Origin: Candidatus Latescibacterota bacterium
Lineage (GTDB): Bacteria; Latescibacterota; UBA2968; UBA8231
DNA length: 64,000 nucleotides
NCBI GenBank assembly: GCA_965217585.1
Contig: OZ244561.1
Span: 1,472,001-1,536,000 of the forward strand
Reading direction: 5' to 3'
Shown here: positions 55,487 through 64,000 of the stretch, one piece after another
How positions within the stretch are numbered: the first letter of the stretch is position 1
Layout of the letters: the number at the start of each line of letters is the position of its first letter
Program-made: the position numbers and the translations under genes
Notes under the pieces: model-generated
The model's input: the letters and a program-made list of their open reading frames with translations, nothing else
The model's database searches: none
What the model was told of the DNA's origin: nothing

Positions 55487-57733
55487 TCAGTGGTTCAGGG
55501 AGACAGTGGTGCCAAAGTAAATGGATCGGCGAAAGAGGGTGGTGCGTGGCTGGCGCTGGGTATAGTCGATGCTGTAATCATAGTCGAGCACATTTGCGCG
55601 ATTGAGCAGGTTGTTGACAGCCAAATAAAAGACCGCTTGGTGCCCGGAGCCAAAAAACAGCAAATAGCTCAACTGCCCATCTATCTGTTGAAAGGACGGC
55701 AGACGCTCTGAGCCGACAGGGCCTTCTACAGGCAGGTAGTAGCTTTTGTCTGCTACGGGAACGGCACCGACGATTGGAGTGATGGGGCGGCCGGTGGCGT
55801 ATTTCAGGGTCAGGCCGCCGCTGAGGGTGCGGACGATCTGCATTTTTGTGACCAAGGTCAGGTTGTGCGTAATATCAAATGGGGAAGGAGCTTCTTCGCG
55901 GAGCATCTCAAGCCCTATATGGCGTACCTGCAATCGGCGCGACCTCAGCAGACTATAGGCCATCCACCCGCTTAAGCGCGTATTGAGAAAAGCTCCGTAC
56001 TTGCAAAAGAGGTCAACTCCAGAGGCCCGACCTCTACCCGTATTGGCAAGGTTCAGGTCGGGGTCATCTATGACGAGATTGCGGTAGGGTTTGTAGTAAG
56101 CCTCCAACCGTACTAGGAATTGGTCGCGTTCGTGGTGCAAGCCGCCTATCCAGTGTTGGGCGCGTTGGGGTTCCAGATTGGGGGTGCCGCTGGTGGAGTT
56201 GTATTCAAATGGGGCGGGGAATTGGTGATAGATGCCCCAAGCGAGCCGGGCGTTTGTGTCTTCTGAGAACTGGTACCGGGCAGACAGACGCGGGTCTAGG
56301 ACAAAACCGTCGCCCAAGCTGTGGTGGTCGGCGCGCAGACCGACATTGGCGACGATGCGGCGCATGGGCTTGAAATCGGTCTCAAAGTAGGCACCAGTGC
56401 GTCTGGCGCTGTAAGAGGTGTCGAGTTCAAATATCTCTGCCTCGGGGTCGAGAATATCGCCTTGAGGAATGCTGCCTACGAATCGGTTGTCAGCGTGCTC
56501 TATTTCAGCACCGAGGCGCAAAACTCCGAAGGCATCGAGGACGCGTTCCCAGTCTGTGCGAATTTTGCCGGTCAGGTCGCGGGGGGTCAGGTCTAGGTTG
56601 CCCAATTGCCGCCGGGTCGTGTGCCGGTTCAGCGAGGCACTGGTCTGGATGGACCAACCGGCCAACACATCCGTCCACTGGAGATTGTGCAAGGCTCTAT
56701 CAGTGCGACTTCGATAAAGGCCGTCAAAGGAAGGAGCTGCGACCCGCACTCCGAGTTCCTCGCCAGCGTCGAAGCTGAAGAGCTTGAGGCGTCCGGTAGG
56801 CGAGTACTGGTAAATCAGGTTGAGGTTTCCGTCGTGCCCTCGTGGAGTCGTGGTGAATGCGTCGCGGTGTCCATTGACGCGGAACAGGAGATCGGTAAAG
56901 CTGAGATTGCCCGTGGAGCGCAGGCCGAGCTTATCGTCAATAAAGGGCAAGTCGAGGCCCACAGAGCCAGCAGCAAGGCCCAAGCCAAGCGTATAGCTCC
57001 GTTGTACAGGCATGTCTAGGCTCTCCATTGCCAGCACCGCGGAAAGCGCATTGCCGTATCGGGCGGAGAATCCACCGGTGGAAAAGGCCGTACCCTTCAC
57101 CATAAAGGGAGGAATCGTGCCGAATACTCCGCCAGTGGGCGATTCGTATTTGTAGGGATGCACCACCGTGGCTTGATCGAGCAAGATGACGGTCTCACTC
57201 ACGTCGCCACCTCGCACAAAAAGACCGGCACCGTCATCTACGGTTGCCACACCGGGGAAGGTTTTGAACGCGCGAAAAATATCGGCGGAAGCCCCAGGCG
57301 TTGTGACCACATCTAGGGGGGCAAGGGTGACGGTCTCATCCTCCCCGGTGGTATAGGTGCTAACTGTGACGACGGTTTCACCGAGTTCAATGAGGACGCG
57401 CCGCAGCACCAAACGCACCGTTGTGGTATCGCCCGCAGTTAAGTGCAGGGTCTGCCGGGTGGGTTCAAAGCCGATGAAGGAGGCGCTCAGGTCGTGTAGT
57501 CCAAGGTGCCGAGTGGAAAAGGCAAAGCGGCCGTCGCGGCCTGTTATTGCGCCGTCGGTGGTGTCGATAATTTGTACGTTGACAAAGGCCATCGGTCGTT
57601 CTGTTTCATCGACGACCTGTCCCTGGATAAATGCCTGACTCTGGGCAAAGACCTGCCCGTCGTGCAGACTAGTGAACAGGGAAACGCAAAGCAGGACAAT
57701 CCCGACCTGTCGAGCGGTACATCTTTTATTCAT
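55487..57733 (-). CDS. TonB-dependent receptor with N-terminal carboxypeptidase-regulatory-like domain
   Basis: IQGQVVDE, plug FPGV..LFVRGG..STGGFSARYG, barrel DPRLSARY, NNLLN. Confidence 0.92.
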   Translation of the reverse strand: MNKRCTARQVGIVLLCVSLFTSLHDGQVFAQSQAFIQGQVVDETERPMAFVNVQIIDTTDGAITGRDGRFAFSTRHLGLHDLSASFIGFEPTRQTLHLTAGDTTTVRLVLRRVLIELGETVVTVSTYTTGEDETVTLAPLDVVTTPGASADIFRAFKTFPGVATVDDGAGLFVRGGDVSETVILLDQATVVHPYKYESPTGGVFGTIPPFMVKGTAFSTGGFSARYGNALSAVLAMESLDMPVQRSYTLGLGLAAGSVGLDLPFIDDKLGLRSTGNLSFTDLLFRVNGHRDAFTTTPRGHDGNLNLIYQYSPTGRLKLFSFDAGEELGVRVAAPSFDGLYRSRTDRALHNLQWTDVLAGWSIQTSASLNRHTTRRQLGNLDLTPRDLTGKIRTDWERVLDAFGVLRLGAEIEHADNRFVGSIPQGDILDPEAEIFELDTSYSARRTGAYFETDFKPMRRIVANVGLRADHHSLGDGFVLDPRLSARYQFSEDTNARLAWGIYHQFPAPFEYNSTSGTPNLEPQRAQHWIGGLHHERDQFLVRLEAYYKPYRNLVIDDPDLNLANTGRGRASGVDLFCKYGAFLNTRLSGWMAYSLLRSRRLQVRHIGLEMLREEAPSPFDITHNLTLVTKMQIVRTLSGGLTLKYATGRPITPIVGAVPVADKSYYLPVEGPVGSERLPSFQQIDGQLSYLLFFGSGHQAVFYLAVNNLLNRANVLDYDYSIDYTQRQPRTTLFRRSIYFGTTVSLNH

Positions 57734-57739
57734 TGCGTA

Positions 57740-59428
57740 CTAACGGTCCAATCCCGGCAATAGGTGGTTTTTTACCCAGCCGTTATTGGGATTCACTTCA
57801 AGGGCTTTGACAAAGGCTTCCCTTGCGCCCTCGATGTCTCCGGCCTCTTGACGCATAATGCCCAATTGAGCGCAGGCTTCGTCGTAGCCCCAAGAGGGTT
57901 GAAAGGAGTCGCGGATTTCCTCTTTCGCGAACAACTCAAGGGCATGCTCCATTTTAGAGATAGCCCGCTGCTTATCACCGCCGAATACAGCAGGAGTATA
58001 ATAGTCGCTCATTCCATCTATTAAGACAACGCGGGGATTGTTGCCGTCGAGTCGCTTGGATTTTTCAAGAACTCTTTTGGTCTCAGGACCCAGCGCCATG
58101 CCCAAGTGAGGCTTCAGGCCGAGCTTTTGACCATAGGCACTGGCTAAGAGGGCATGGGCGTCGCTGAAGTTGTCTTCCAACTCGATAGCCCCTTTGAGAT
58201 GCTCTATGGTTCGGTTAATGCATTGGGCCTGTTCGTCAGGGGTGGCCGCAAAAAGCGTAGCGAGGCGGTACTCGCACAAAGCTAGGTAATACAGTGCAAA
58301 CACCTCGTGATGGCTGTTTTGGCGAGCCTGTTCAAACAGTTTCCGTGCCTTATGTAATTGGTCAGGGTTAGAGGAATCAATTGCCTGCTGAAGAAGCTCT
58401 TTGCCCTCGACGAAAGGAGCCTCATATTCGATGCTCTGATCATTTTTTGCGATTTTTTGACCATAGCGCATATATCGGCTTCCTGTAGCGAATAGGTACA
58501 CATCTTCAAGATCGGCGGTTTTTACGGAAAATTGATGTATGTTCAAGCTGTTAAGACGGTCTATAACCGCATTCTTAAACACCTCATCCTTGCCATATAT
58601 GCACACGCCTTGAGAATTGCCGTCAACGTGGGTTACTCCAGGACAGTCTGCCAAGGTTTCGGGATCGACTTCGGTTTCTACCTCTACTTTGAGGTTTAGC
58701 TGAAACTTTTCGAGCAGTTGCGGTACCGAACCAGAAGCAATGATTTGGCCCTTGTTCATCACACAGACCACATCGCTGTACTGCTGGGCCTCTTGCATGT
58801 TGTGGGTAGTCATGACAATGGTGAGACCCTGACGGCGGTACTGGTTCAGAACATCCCAGAGTTGCCGGCGCAGATGTGGATCCAAGTTGCTCGACGGCTC
58901 ATCGAGGATCAGTAGCGCAGGTTTGCCCACCAAGGCAACGGCAATGAGCAGCCTGCGCTTTTCTCCGCCCGACAGGTCTTTGTAGGCTGTCTTCTGTTGG
59001 CCTTGCAACTCAAAAATGTCTATTAATTCATCTGGATCAACAGGGTTCTGATACATGCTTGCATAAAGGCGTAGCGCCTCTCTGACCCGAATATCACTAT
59101 AGAGGGAATCTTCTTGAAATTGGATACCGATTCTACTGCGTATGTCCTTACGTCGTCGCAGATCGGGGATACTTTCACCAAACAAGTGAATGTCTCCAGA
59201 GTCGGGCTTCTTTAAGCCTACAATGCAATCTATGATAGACGTTTTACCCGCTCCATTGGGTCCTACCAGACAAAAGACCTGTTGCGGATATATGGAAAAA
59301 CTGACATTTTGGACGGCGACGAGCTTGCCATAGGTTTTATGCAAGGCATTTATCTGCAGGACGGGTGTTTGCTCTCGGCAGCCACTGTCTGGGGATGAGG
59401 TGCTCGAAGTTGAAGTCATGATTTCCAT
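57740..59428 (-). CDS. ABC transporter ATP-binding protein fused to a C-terminal TPR-like domain
   Basis: GPNGAGKT, LSGGEKRR, LILDEP, TTH, LEDVYL, then about 230 aa similar to 54680..55465. Confidence 0.85.
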   Translation of the reverse strand: MEIMTSTSSTSSPDSGCREQTPVLQINALHKTYGKLVAVQNVSFSIYPQQVFCLVGPNGAGKTSIIDCIVGLKKPDSGDIHLFGESIPDLRRRKDIRSRIGIQFQEDSLYSDIRVREALRLYASMYQNPVDPDELIDIFELQGQQKTAYKDLSGGEKRRLLIAVALVGKPALLILDEPSSNLDPHLRRQLWDVLNQYRRQGLTIVMTTHNMQEAQQYSDVVCVMNKGQIIASGSVPQLLEKFQLNLKVEVETEVDPETLADCPGVTHVDGNSQGVCIYGKDEVFKNAVIDRLNSLNIHQFSVKTADLEDVYLFATGSRYMRYGQKIAKNDQSIEYEAPFVEGKELLQQAIDSSNPDQLHKARKLFEQARQNSHHEVFALYYLALCEYRLATLFAATPDEQAQCINRTIEHLKGAIELEDNFSDAHALLASAYGQKLGLKPHLGMALGPETKRVLEKSKRLDGNNPRVVLIDGMSDYYTPAVFGGDKQRAISKMEHALELFAKEEIRDSFQPSWGYDEACAQLGIMRQEAGDIEGAREAFVKALEVNPNNGWVKNHLLPGLDR

Positions 59429-60144
59429 TCGATGCGGATTTTAAAAACCATAAGATTGAAGACCTGATGGCACAGTATGCACGGCAAGAGACTATCGGAG
59501 GCGAGATACATAAGACTCAAAATTACACCAAACAGGGTTTTAGAGATCACATTTGCTAAGCCATAGGCGATATGATTCATTCCAAATGCTAAGGAAGAGA
59601 TAATAATTGCGTATTGCACAGGTATATTTAAGACATCTATTGCATAGGGGATCAAGTAGCCTCTCCATAATATCTCTTCCAAGAGGGATTCGCTAAGGAT
59701 GCAACCTAATAACAAGCCTACAGGTAACTTTTGCCCTTGCCTGACAATACGTTTGGTCTCCCCGAACATCCAGTGTTTTGCTATTGGCTTATTTCCCATC
59801 CGTAGTTTCAACCACGTCCGTTCTACGATAATCTCTGCATAATAAAAGGCTACGCCCACACCTACACTGACAAAAATCGTAATGCCGAGCGATAAGGGCA
59901 TTGGGGGACCGAACCACATAGGCCATCCAAAGGCCGACGTCAGAATGCGGATGGCCGGATCGCATACGCTCAGAATTAGGACCAGAGCACCCATCAGAGA
60001 CGCCAAGGGCACGACAAAGTCGTCGCGATCCAAAGTTGCGTCCAGTATTTTTTCGGATAGCACCCAGCTACCCATCAGGTATAAACCTGAATGTACTACA
60101 TAAAGGACGCCAGGATAAGCCAAGATAAAAACAAAACAGAACAT
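59416..60144 (-). CDS. CPBP/CAAX (Abi) family intramembrane metalloprotease
   Basis: EEILWRG, FGMNH and HQVFN motifs; hydrophobic. Confidence 0.9.
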   Translation of the reverse strand: MFCFVFILAYPGVLYVVHSGLYLMGSWVLSEKILDATLDRDDFVVPLASLMGALVLILSVCDPAIRILTSAFGWPMWFGPPMPLSLGITIFVSVGVGVAFYYAEIIVERTWLKLRMGNKPIAKHWMFGETKRIVRQGQKLPVGLLLGCILSESLLEEILWRGYLIPYAIDVLNIPVQYAIIISSLAFGMNHIAYGLANVISKTLFGVILSLMYLASDSLLPCILCHQVFNLMVFKIRIEWKS

Positions 60145-60160
60145 AGGTCGTGAATGAAGT

Positions 60161-61624
60161 TTAAGGAAAAGGAACAGGCCCTGGTTTAAGCTCTTTGAAT
60201 GTGAGCGGCTTATCCCTCAATCCCATTTTCATAGGCAGTTCGTAAATCCGCGAATGTCCCAAATAGGGATACGCGCTGATGTGGGGCTGTACTAGTTCAG
60301 GGATGAATACTTTGACGACTTTCACCTGAGACATCTGTTCATGGGTACAGTCAATGACAATAGGATCTATATCATATCGTTGAAGGACCTCCTTGAAGTA
60401 TTCCAACTGCTCTTCTGAATGCTTGAATTTTACCTTTGGCAATTCCGAGAGGGCCACGGTACCATCACTGCGGAAAAATGCCTCTAGCCGTCCAGCATTC
60501 TCGGCATGTCCGTAGTACCCTATCGTTTCTAAAAACGTACGCATTTCTGCCAGCGGTTTGTCTGGTGAGGCGTCAAATAGCACTTGGACACCTTTCATAA
60601 ACTGCCGTTGAGGTGTCAACATAGCACATTTCAATTGCAGTTCGGACTGCCCATATTCCAGCAAAGCTTGGATGAAAGCTTCTTCTCCATCCAAAGCCAC
60701 TGCTGCTCCAGCCTGATAGGCAAATTTTTTATAGTAGGGCACTAGCTGAGTCCCCGAGATGCAGGGCAATTTGGGGAAACCAACGTCGTGTAACCAAAAA
60801 TTCACATCACCAGAGAGAGATTTGATATATTCCAAGGTTCTGTTAGTCTTTTTGGAAGAGAGCGGTCTGTCAACTTCTACTCGGCGCAGCGGAATATTTG
60901 CATACCAAGACAGCATCAAGGCATCGCGCTCGAAAAGCTCTGTTACTCCAGCAATGATGGCCAAGGCTTCATCTATATGAGAGGCCATACCAGAAGAGGA
61001 TGAATAGCCGATGCGAGACTCCTCAATGGATGGGATATAAAAGAAGAGCACGAGCTGTAGAGGAATCCAGATGTCTTCTTGACTGATGAGCCGACGTCCC
61101 TTGATCCAGTTAAATTCAGTGTCGCGAGTAAAGGGTTGAAAGAAGAAATCGGGTGAGACGTATTGCTCGTCTGCAAACAGGGGAAGTGCTTCCGGCGCAA
61201 TAGCATTTTGACCGGCTTGTTGCAGAGAACTATAGGATCCTGCACAGATCTCCAAGTCTTCTTTTAAGAAAGCAAATGTCCCAGATATCCTTTCAACGCT
61301 TTCGCCTAAGTCAGACAAGAAGGAAGATGGGAGTTCGAAACCTTTGCCCCCTGCGATCACAGAAGAGTCCAATCCGAGATTCAGGGAAGGTAGGCCAACA
61401 ATTTGGCGTATGACTTGGTCCATGTCCCAGTGGCTGCTATTGACGACGACAGTTTGAGAAGTTCCAGCCCCACCGTTGCAAACAGTCGATTCTCGGATCG
61501 GGCCACTGGAAAAGTACCACGAGAGCATTTCTTTGATTGCCCTGCCCTCTTTCTCGTTCATCACGTTGGGTAAAATTTCTCGATGGGGATTGATGTAGGT
61601 GGAGCGCAATTGTAGAGAAGTCAT
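60161..61624 (-). CDS. YcaO-family cyclodehydratase (azoline-forming type)
   Basis: ESVER, SSSGMASH, ELFERDA, LLEYGQ ATP/Mg motifs; Pro-rich C-terminus PGPVPFP. Confidence 0.92.
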   Translation of the reverse strand: MTSLQLRSTYINPHREILPNVMNEKEGRAIKEMLSWYFSSGPIRESTVCNGGAGTSQTVVVNSSHWDMDQVIRQIVGLPSLNLGLDSSVIAGGKGFELPSSFLSDLGESVERISGTFAFLKEDLEICAGSYSSLQQAGQNAIAPEALPLFADEQYVSPDFFFQPFTRDTEFNWIKGRRLISQEDIWIPLQLVLFFYIPSIEESRIGYSSSSGMASHIDEALAIIAGVTELFERDALMLSWYANIPLRRVEVDRPLSSKKTNRTLEYIKSLSGDVNFWLHDVGFPKLPCISGTQLVPYYKKFAYQAGAAVALDGEEAFIQALLEYGQSELQLKCAMLTPQRQFMKGVQVLFDASPDKPLAEMRTFLETIGYYGHAENAGRLEAFFRSDGTVALSELPKVKFKHSEEQLEYFKEVLQRYDIDPIVIDCTHEQMSQVKVVKVFIPELVQPHISAYPYLGHSRIYELPMKMGLRDKPLTFKELKPGPVPFP

Positions 61625-61633
61625 AGTGGATAT

Positions 61634-62407
61634 TTACACCTCCCACTTGAATGTTCGAGTGGAGATTAGGTACGACAGTATGGCTATGACTGCAAGAAAC
61701 AGCAATGAATTTACATACTGAGATATCGGATCCCCGAGCCATACACCGGAGAAGGTCGTGACGACATGGGTCAAAGGGGAACCCCAGCTTAACGTCTGTA
61801 GCCAATCTGGAAACATCTGCCGAGGAAAGGTGGCTCCCGAGATAAAAAACATGATGAGAAACAAAAATTGGCCCAGAGCATGAGTACCTCTTGTAGATTT
61901 AGAAAGCCCGTTTACCAAGAAACCCAAGGCAAAAAAGCAAGCAATGCAGACTACCCCCACTAACAGGACAATTGCCCAGTGTCCTCGAAAATGGAGATCG
62001 AAAATGCCCTCTGCGACCACGAGTAAGATCAAGGAAGAAATAATAAATATGACAGTTTGCATTGCGATATGAACGCAGAGATAGAATCCTAGCGAGAACG
62101 GACTGACGACATAACGCTTAAGAATGCCGGTCAGACGGTATTCAGTCAAGAAGTTCGTGAGGTTGACCAACCCTGCTTGGCCGATGTATGCAGCCATGAG
62201 TGCCGGAGCATAAAAATCGATGTAGCGTACATCGGGGCGATCCCACATCGGAGCTCCTCCAAAGATGGAGCCGAATAGGAGAAAGGCTAAGACGGGGAAT
62301 ACAAATGTAAAGAAGGCGGCAGTAGGCTGACGTACGAACAATCTGCACTCGACGACCCAGAGCGTGACGAAGCTACGAAGCCAGACAGTTTTGTTTAAAA
62401 AGACCAT
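61634..62407 (-). CDS. ABC-2 type exporter permease
   Basis: FFTFVFP, YIDFYAP, GILKR, FISGATFP..FPDWLQ..SPLTH. Confidence 0.9.
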   Translation of the reverse strand: MVFLNKTVWLRSFVTLWVVECRLFVRQPTAAFFTFVFPVLAFLLFGSIFGGAPMWDRPDVRYIDFYAPALMAAYIGQAGLVNLTNFLTEYRLTGILKRYVVSPFSLGFYLCVHIAMQTVIFIISSLILLVVAEGIFDLHFRGHWAIVLLVGVVCIACFFALGFLVNGLSKSTRGTHALGQFLFLIMFFISGATFPRQMFPDWLQTLSWGSPLTHVVTTFSGVWLGDPISQYVNSLLFLAVIAILSYLISTRTFKWEV

Positions 62408-62445
62408 TTTATGAAACTCCTCAACTAGTTAAAATGCTATCGGTC

Positions 62446-63390
62446 CTATTGGTGACTTTTTGCAGAAGTGGCCTTTTTATCCACTTTATTTCCAATGGCA
62501 ACTAGTAGGGTTGTAAATTCCTGGCGTCCATCCAGTCCCAATAATGAGTTTGCAAGTTCATCGTCAAAGCCAAATACCAGACATGACCCTAACTCAAGTG
62601 CTGTGGCGACAAGATGCAGGCTCTGACTTACGACGCCAGTTTCAAGATGGGACAATCGGTACGATTTATAGGCACCGTATTTCCATGTGAGCCGTGATAT
62701 ATCGGGAGCGATGAAAATTACGACACTCGCTTCGGCTAACCACTCGTGCTGAGAACAGCAATTAACCACGCGCCATCGAAAGTTTCCCCTCTCAAGCAGT
62801 TCTAGACACTTTTGCGTAGGATTATAGTGGTATAGCCCTTGAGAAATGCCTTTGACTCCGTTAACCACGAGATAAAATTCTGTGCATTGCAGTCCACCAA
62901 CGGTCGGAAAATTGCGTAACGCAACGTCGCGGCGGTTGTAGGCCAATATGGTATCCCGCACACCGCAGGACTGATCCAACAGTGTGCTCAGCTTTTCGAG
63001 CGACAGAGCCGATCCATTGAAGTCTCGGACCGAGGCACGGCTGTTAATTACTTCCGAAATAGATTCGGTGATGGGTGAAAACTTCGTCTCCAGTTTGATT
63101 TTTTCCACACTGACGAATTCTTTGTGTAGATTCGGCGCGATTTTTTCATTGAGCTTTTGGAAGAACAGCCAGTCATCTTCCTTTGGATAATCCTTTAATC
63201 CGTTTACTACGATAGCCAATTCGTCCATCTGTCCATTAACCGCCCTGTCCCGTTTGATGTGCTTCAGGAGTTCACATAAAACTTGCTGCTCCTGAGAATC
63301 CAACTCTTCCAGTTCCTGGAGGAGCACTGGATCTAGGGGTGAAGAGTCCGGTATTTCTACCACGGGGGACATTTTCTCTCTGATTGCCAT
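62446..63390 (-). CDS. SagB/ThcOx-family FMN-dependent azoline dehydrogenase
   Basis: RASVRDF, RNFPTVGGL, GLYHYNP, WKYG..YR..LETG. Confidence 0.9.
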   Translation of the reverse strand: MAIREKMSPVVEIPDSSPLDPVLLQELEELDSQEQQVLCELLKHIKRDRAVNGQMDELAIVVNGLKDYPKEDDWLFFQKLNEKIAPNLHKEFVSVEKIKLETKFSPITESISEVINSRASVRDFNGSALSLEKLSTLLDQSCGVRDTILAYNRRDVALRNFPTVGGLQCTEFYLVVNGVKGISQGLYHYNPTQKCLELLERGNFRWRVVNCCSQHEWLAEASVVIFIAPDISRLTWKYGAYKSYRLSHLETGVVSQSLHLVATALELGSCLVFGFDDELANSLLGLDGRQEFTTLLVAIGNKVDKKATSAKSHQ

Positions 63391-63393
63391 TAT

Positions 63394-64000
63394 CTATTCA
63401 TCCGCGTTGATAGGTGAGAAAGTAAGGAGAGCATAAACGGAGCGCTCTACACCGTCGGCTTGCACAAATTCGTCTGCTTTCGTATCGAGAAAGTCCTGAT
63501 GAACATTGACTTGGTGTCCATCGAATTCGCACCGGTATTGAAAATACCCCAGCAGGCGCCCGATGTCTAACAAGGTGTGGCGGTAGCCTCGGGGACCGTA
63601 GAGGAGCATGTATCTCCAAGAACAGGCGATAACAACTAACATGGTCGAACATTCGCCAATGCTCACAGGCGGTGATCTCCAGAATAGACTGGGCAAAAGG
63701 GTAGCTTCATCTTTTACTTCACGCTCAATCCAGAGATAGTCCGACTCTGGAACTATGCGGACGAGCATTCCATCGTGCAGCACGAGCAGGTCGGTAGCAT
63801 AAAGCAGATTGGCCAGAGGCCCCTGTTTAGAAAAGAGGCTCAGTGGGCTTTGAAGCCACCCGGGGAGTCGGTCATAGGGGATTCTCAACCCGGTACCGCT
63901 GTCAACCAAGGTTTCTTCATCAACGCAATAGGCGGTTTCAAAGAACCACTGACGCACCTGTTCAAGCATTGAAGTATCAGCGGGAACTTGAAGAGTCGAG
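63394..64000 (-). CDS. Second nitroreductase/SagB-like protein, probably truncated at the 5' end by the window edge
   Basis: WRYMLLYGPRGYRHTLLDIG..FLD..DGVE. The frame stays open upstream of ATG 63969 to the window edge (STLQVPADTS-M). Confidence 0.7.
   Translation of the reverse strand, partial: STLQVPADTSMLEQVRQWFFETAYCVDEETLVDSGTGLRIPYDRLPGWLQSPLSLFSKQGPLANLLYATDLLVLHDGMLVRIVPESDYLWIEREVKDEATLLPSLFWRSPPVSIGECSTMLVVIACSWRYMLLYGPRGYRHTLLDIGRLLGYFQYRCEFDGHQVNVHQDFLDTKADEFVQADGVERSVYALLTFSPINADE

Noticed and set aside
60973-62348. Short Cys/Ser-rich ORFs (60973..61245, 61437..61805, 62142..62348) as RiPP precursors
   Set aside because: They lie out of frame within or across the YcaO and permease genes and lack a leader/core layout.

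Overview
GC-rich bacterial window. The gene content suggests a diderm FCB-group lineage such as Ca. Latescibacterota; this is an inference and was not tested. Left end: a coxM/S/L-like molybdenum hydroxylase operon, truncated at the edge, whose active-site loop (AYRAPG) is not that of a CO dehydrogenase. Most of the window (about 3.9-51.7 kb) is taken up by two paralogous copies of an uncharacterised envelope module. Each copy has (i) a small secreted DOMON/CBM9-like protein with a predicted mature N-terminal His and a C-terminal VExxxWGx(L/I)K tail, placed first in an operon and followed by a hairpin; (ii) several secreted discoidin-like proteins ending in a TPNGDGxND/FlgD-Ig domain with a terminal Tyr (7 paralogs in total); (iii) one ~880-900 aa predicted outer-membrane protein with Asp-rich loops; (iv) one ~650 aa polytopic inner-membrane protein; (v) a PPIase lipoprotein; and (vi) FG-GAP/ASPIC-UnbV proteins. 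Sugar-catabolic genes are interleaved (PL4-like lyase, sugar ABC transporter, enolase-family dehydratase, lactonase-like amidohydrolase). This module is the best candidate for an undescribed system: either a non-SusCD glycan capture/uptake machine or a dedicated secretion/surface-display pathway. Then come gltX and a DEAD-box helicase. The right end holds a TPR/TonB-receptor cassette joined to a lower-GC YcaO/SagB azole-RiPP cluster that runs off the window. No rRNA, tRNA, CRISPR array or transposase was seen. All family assignments come from motif recognition by eye; no database search was run.
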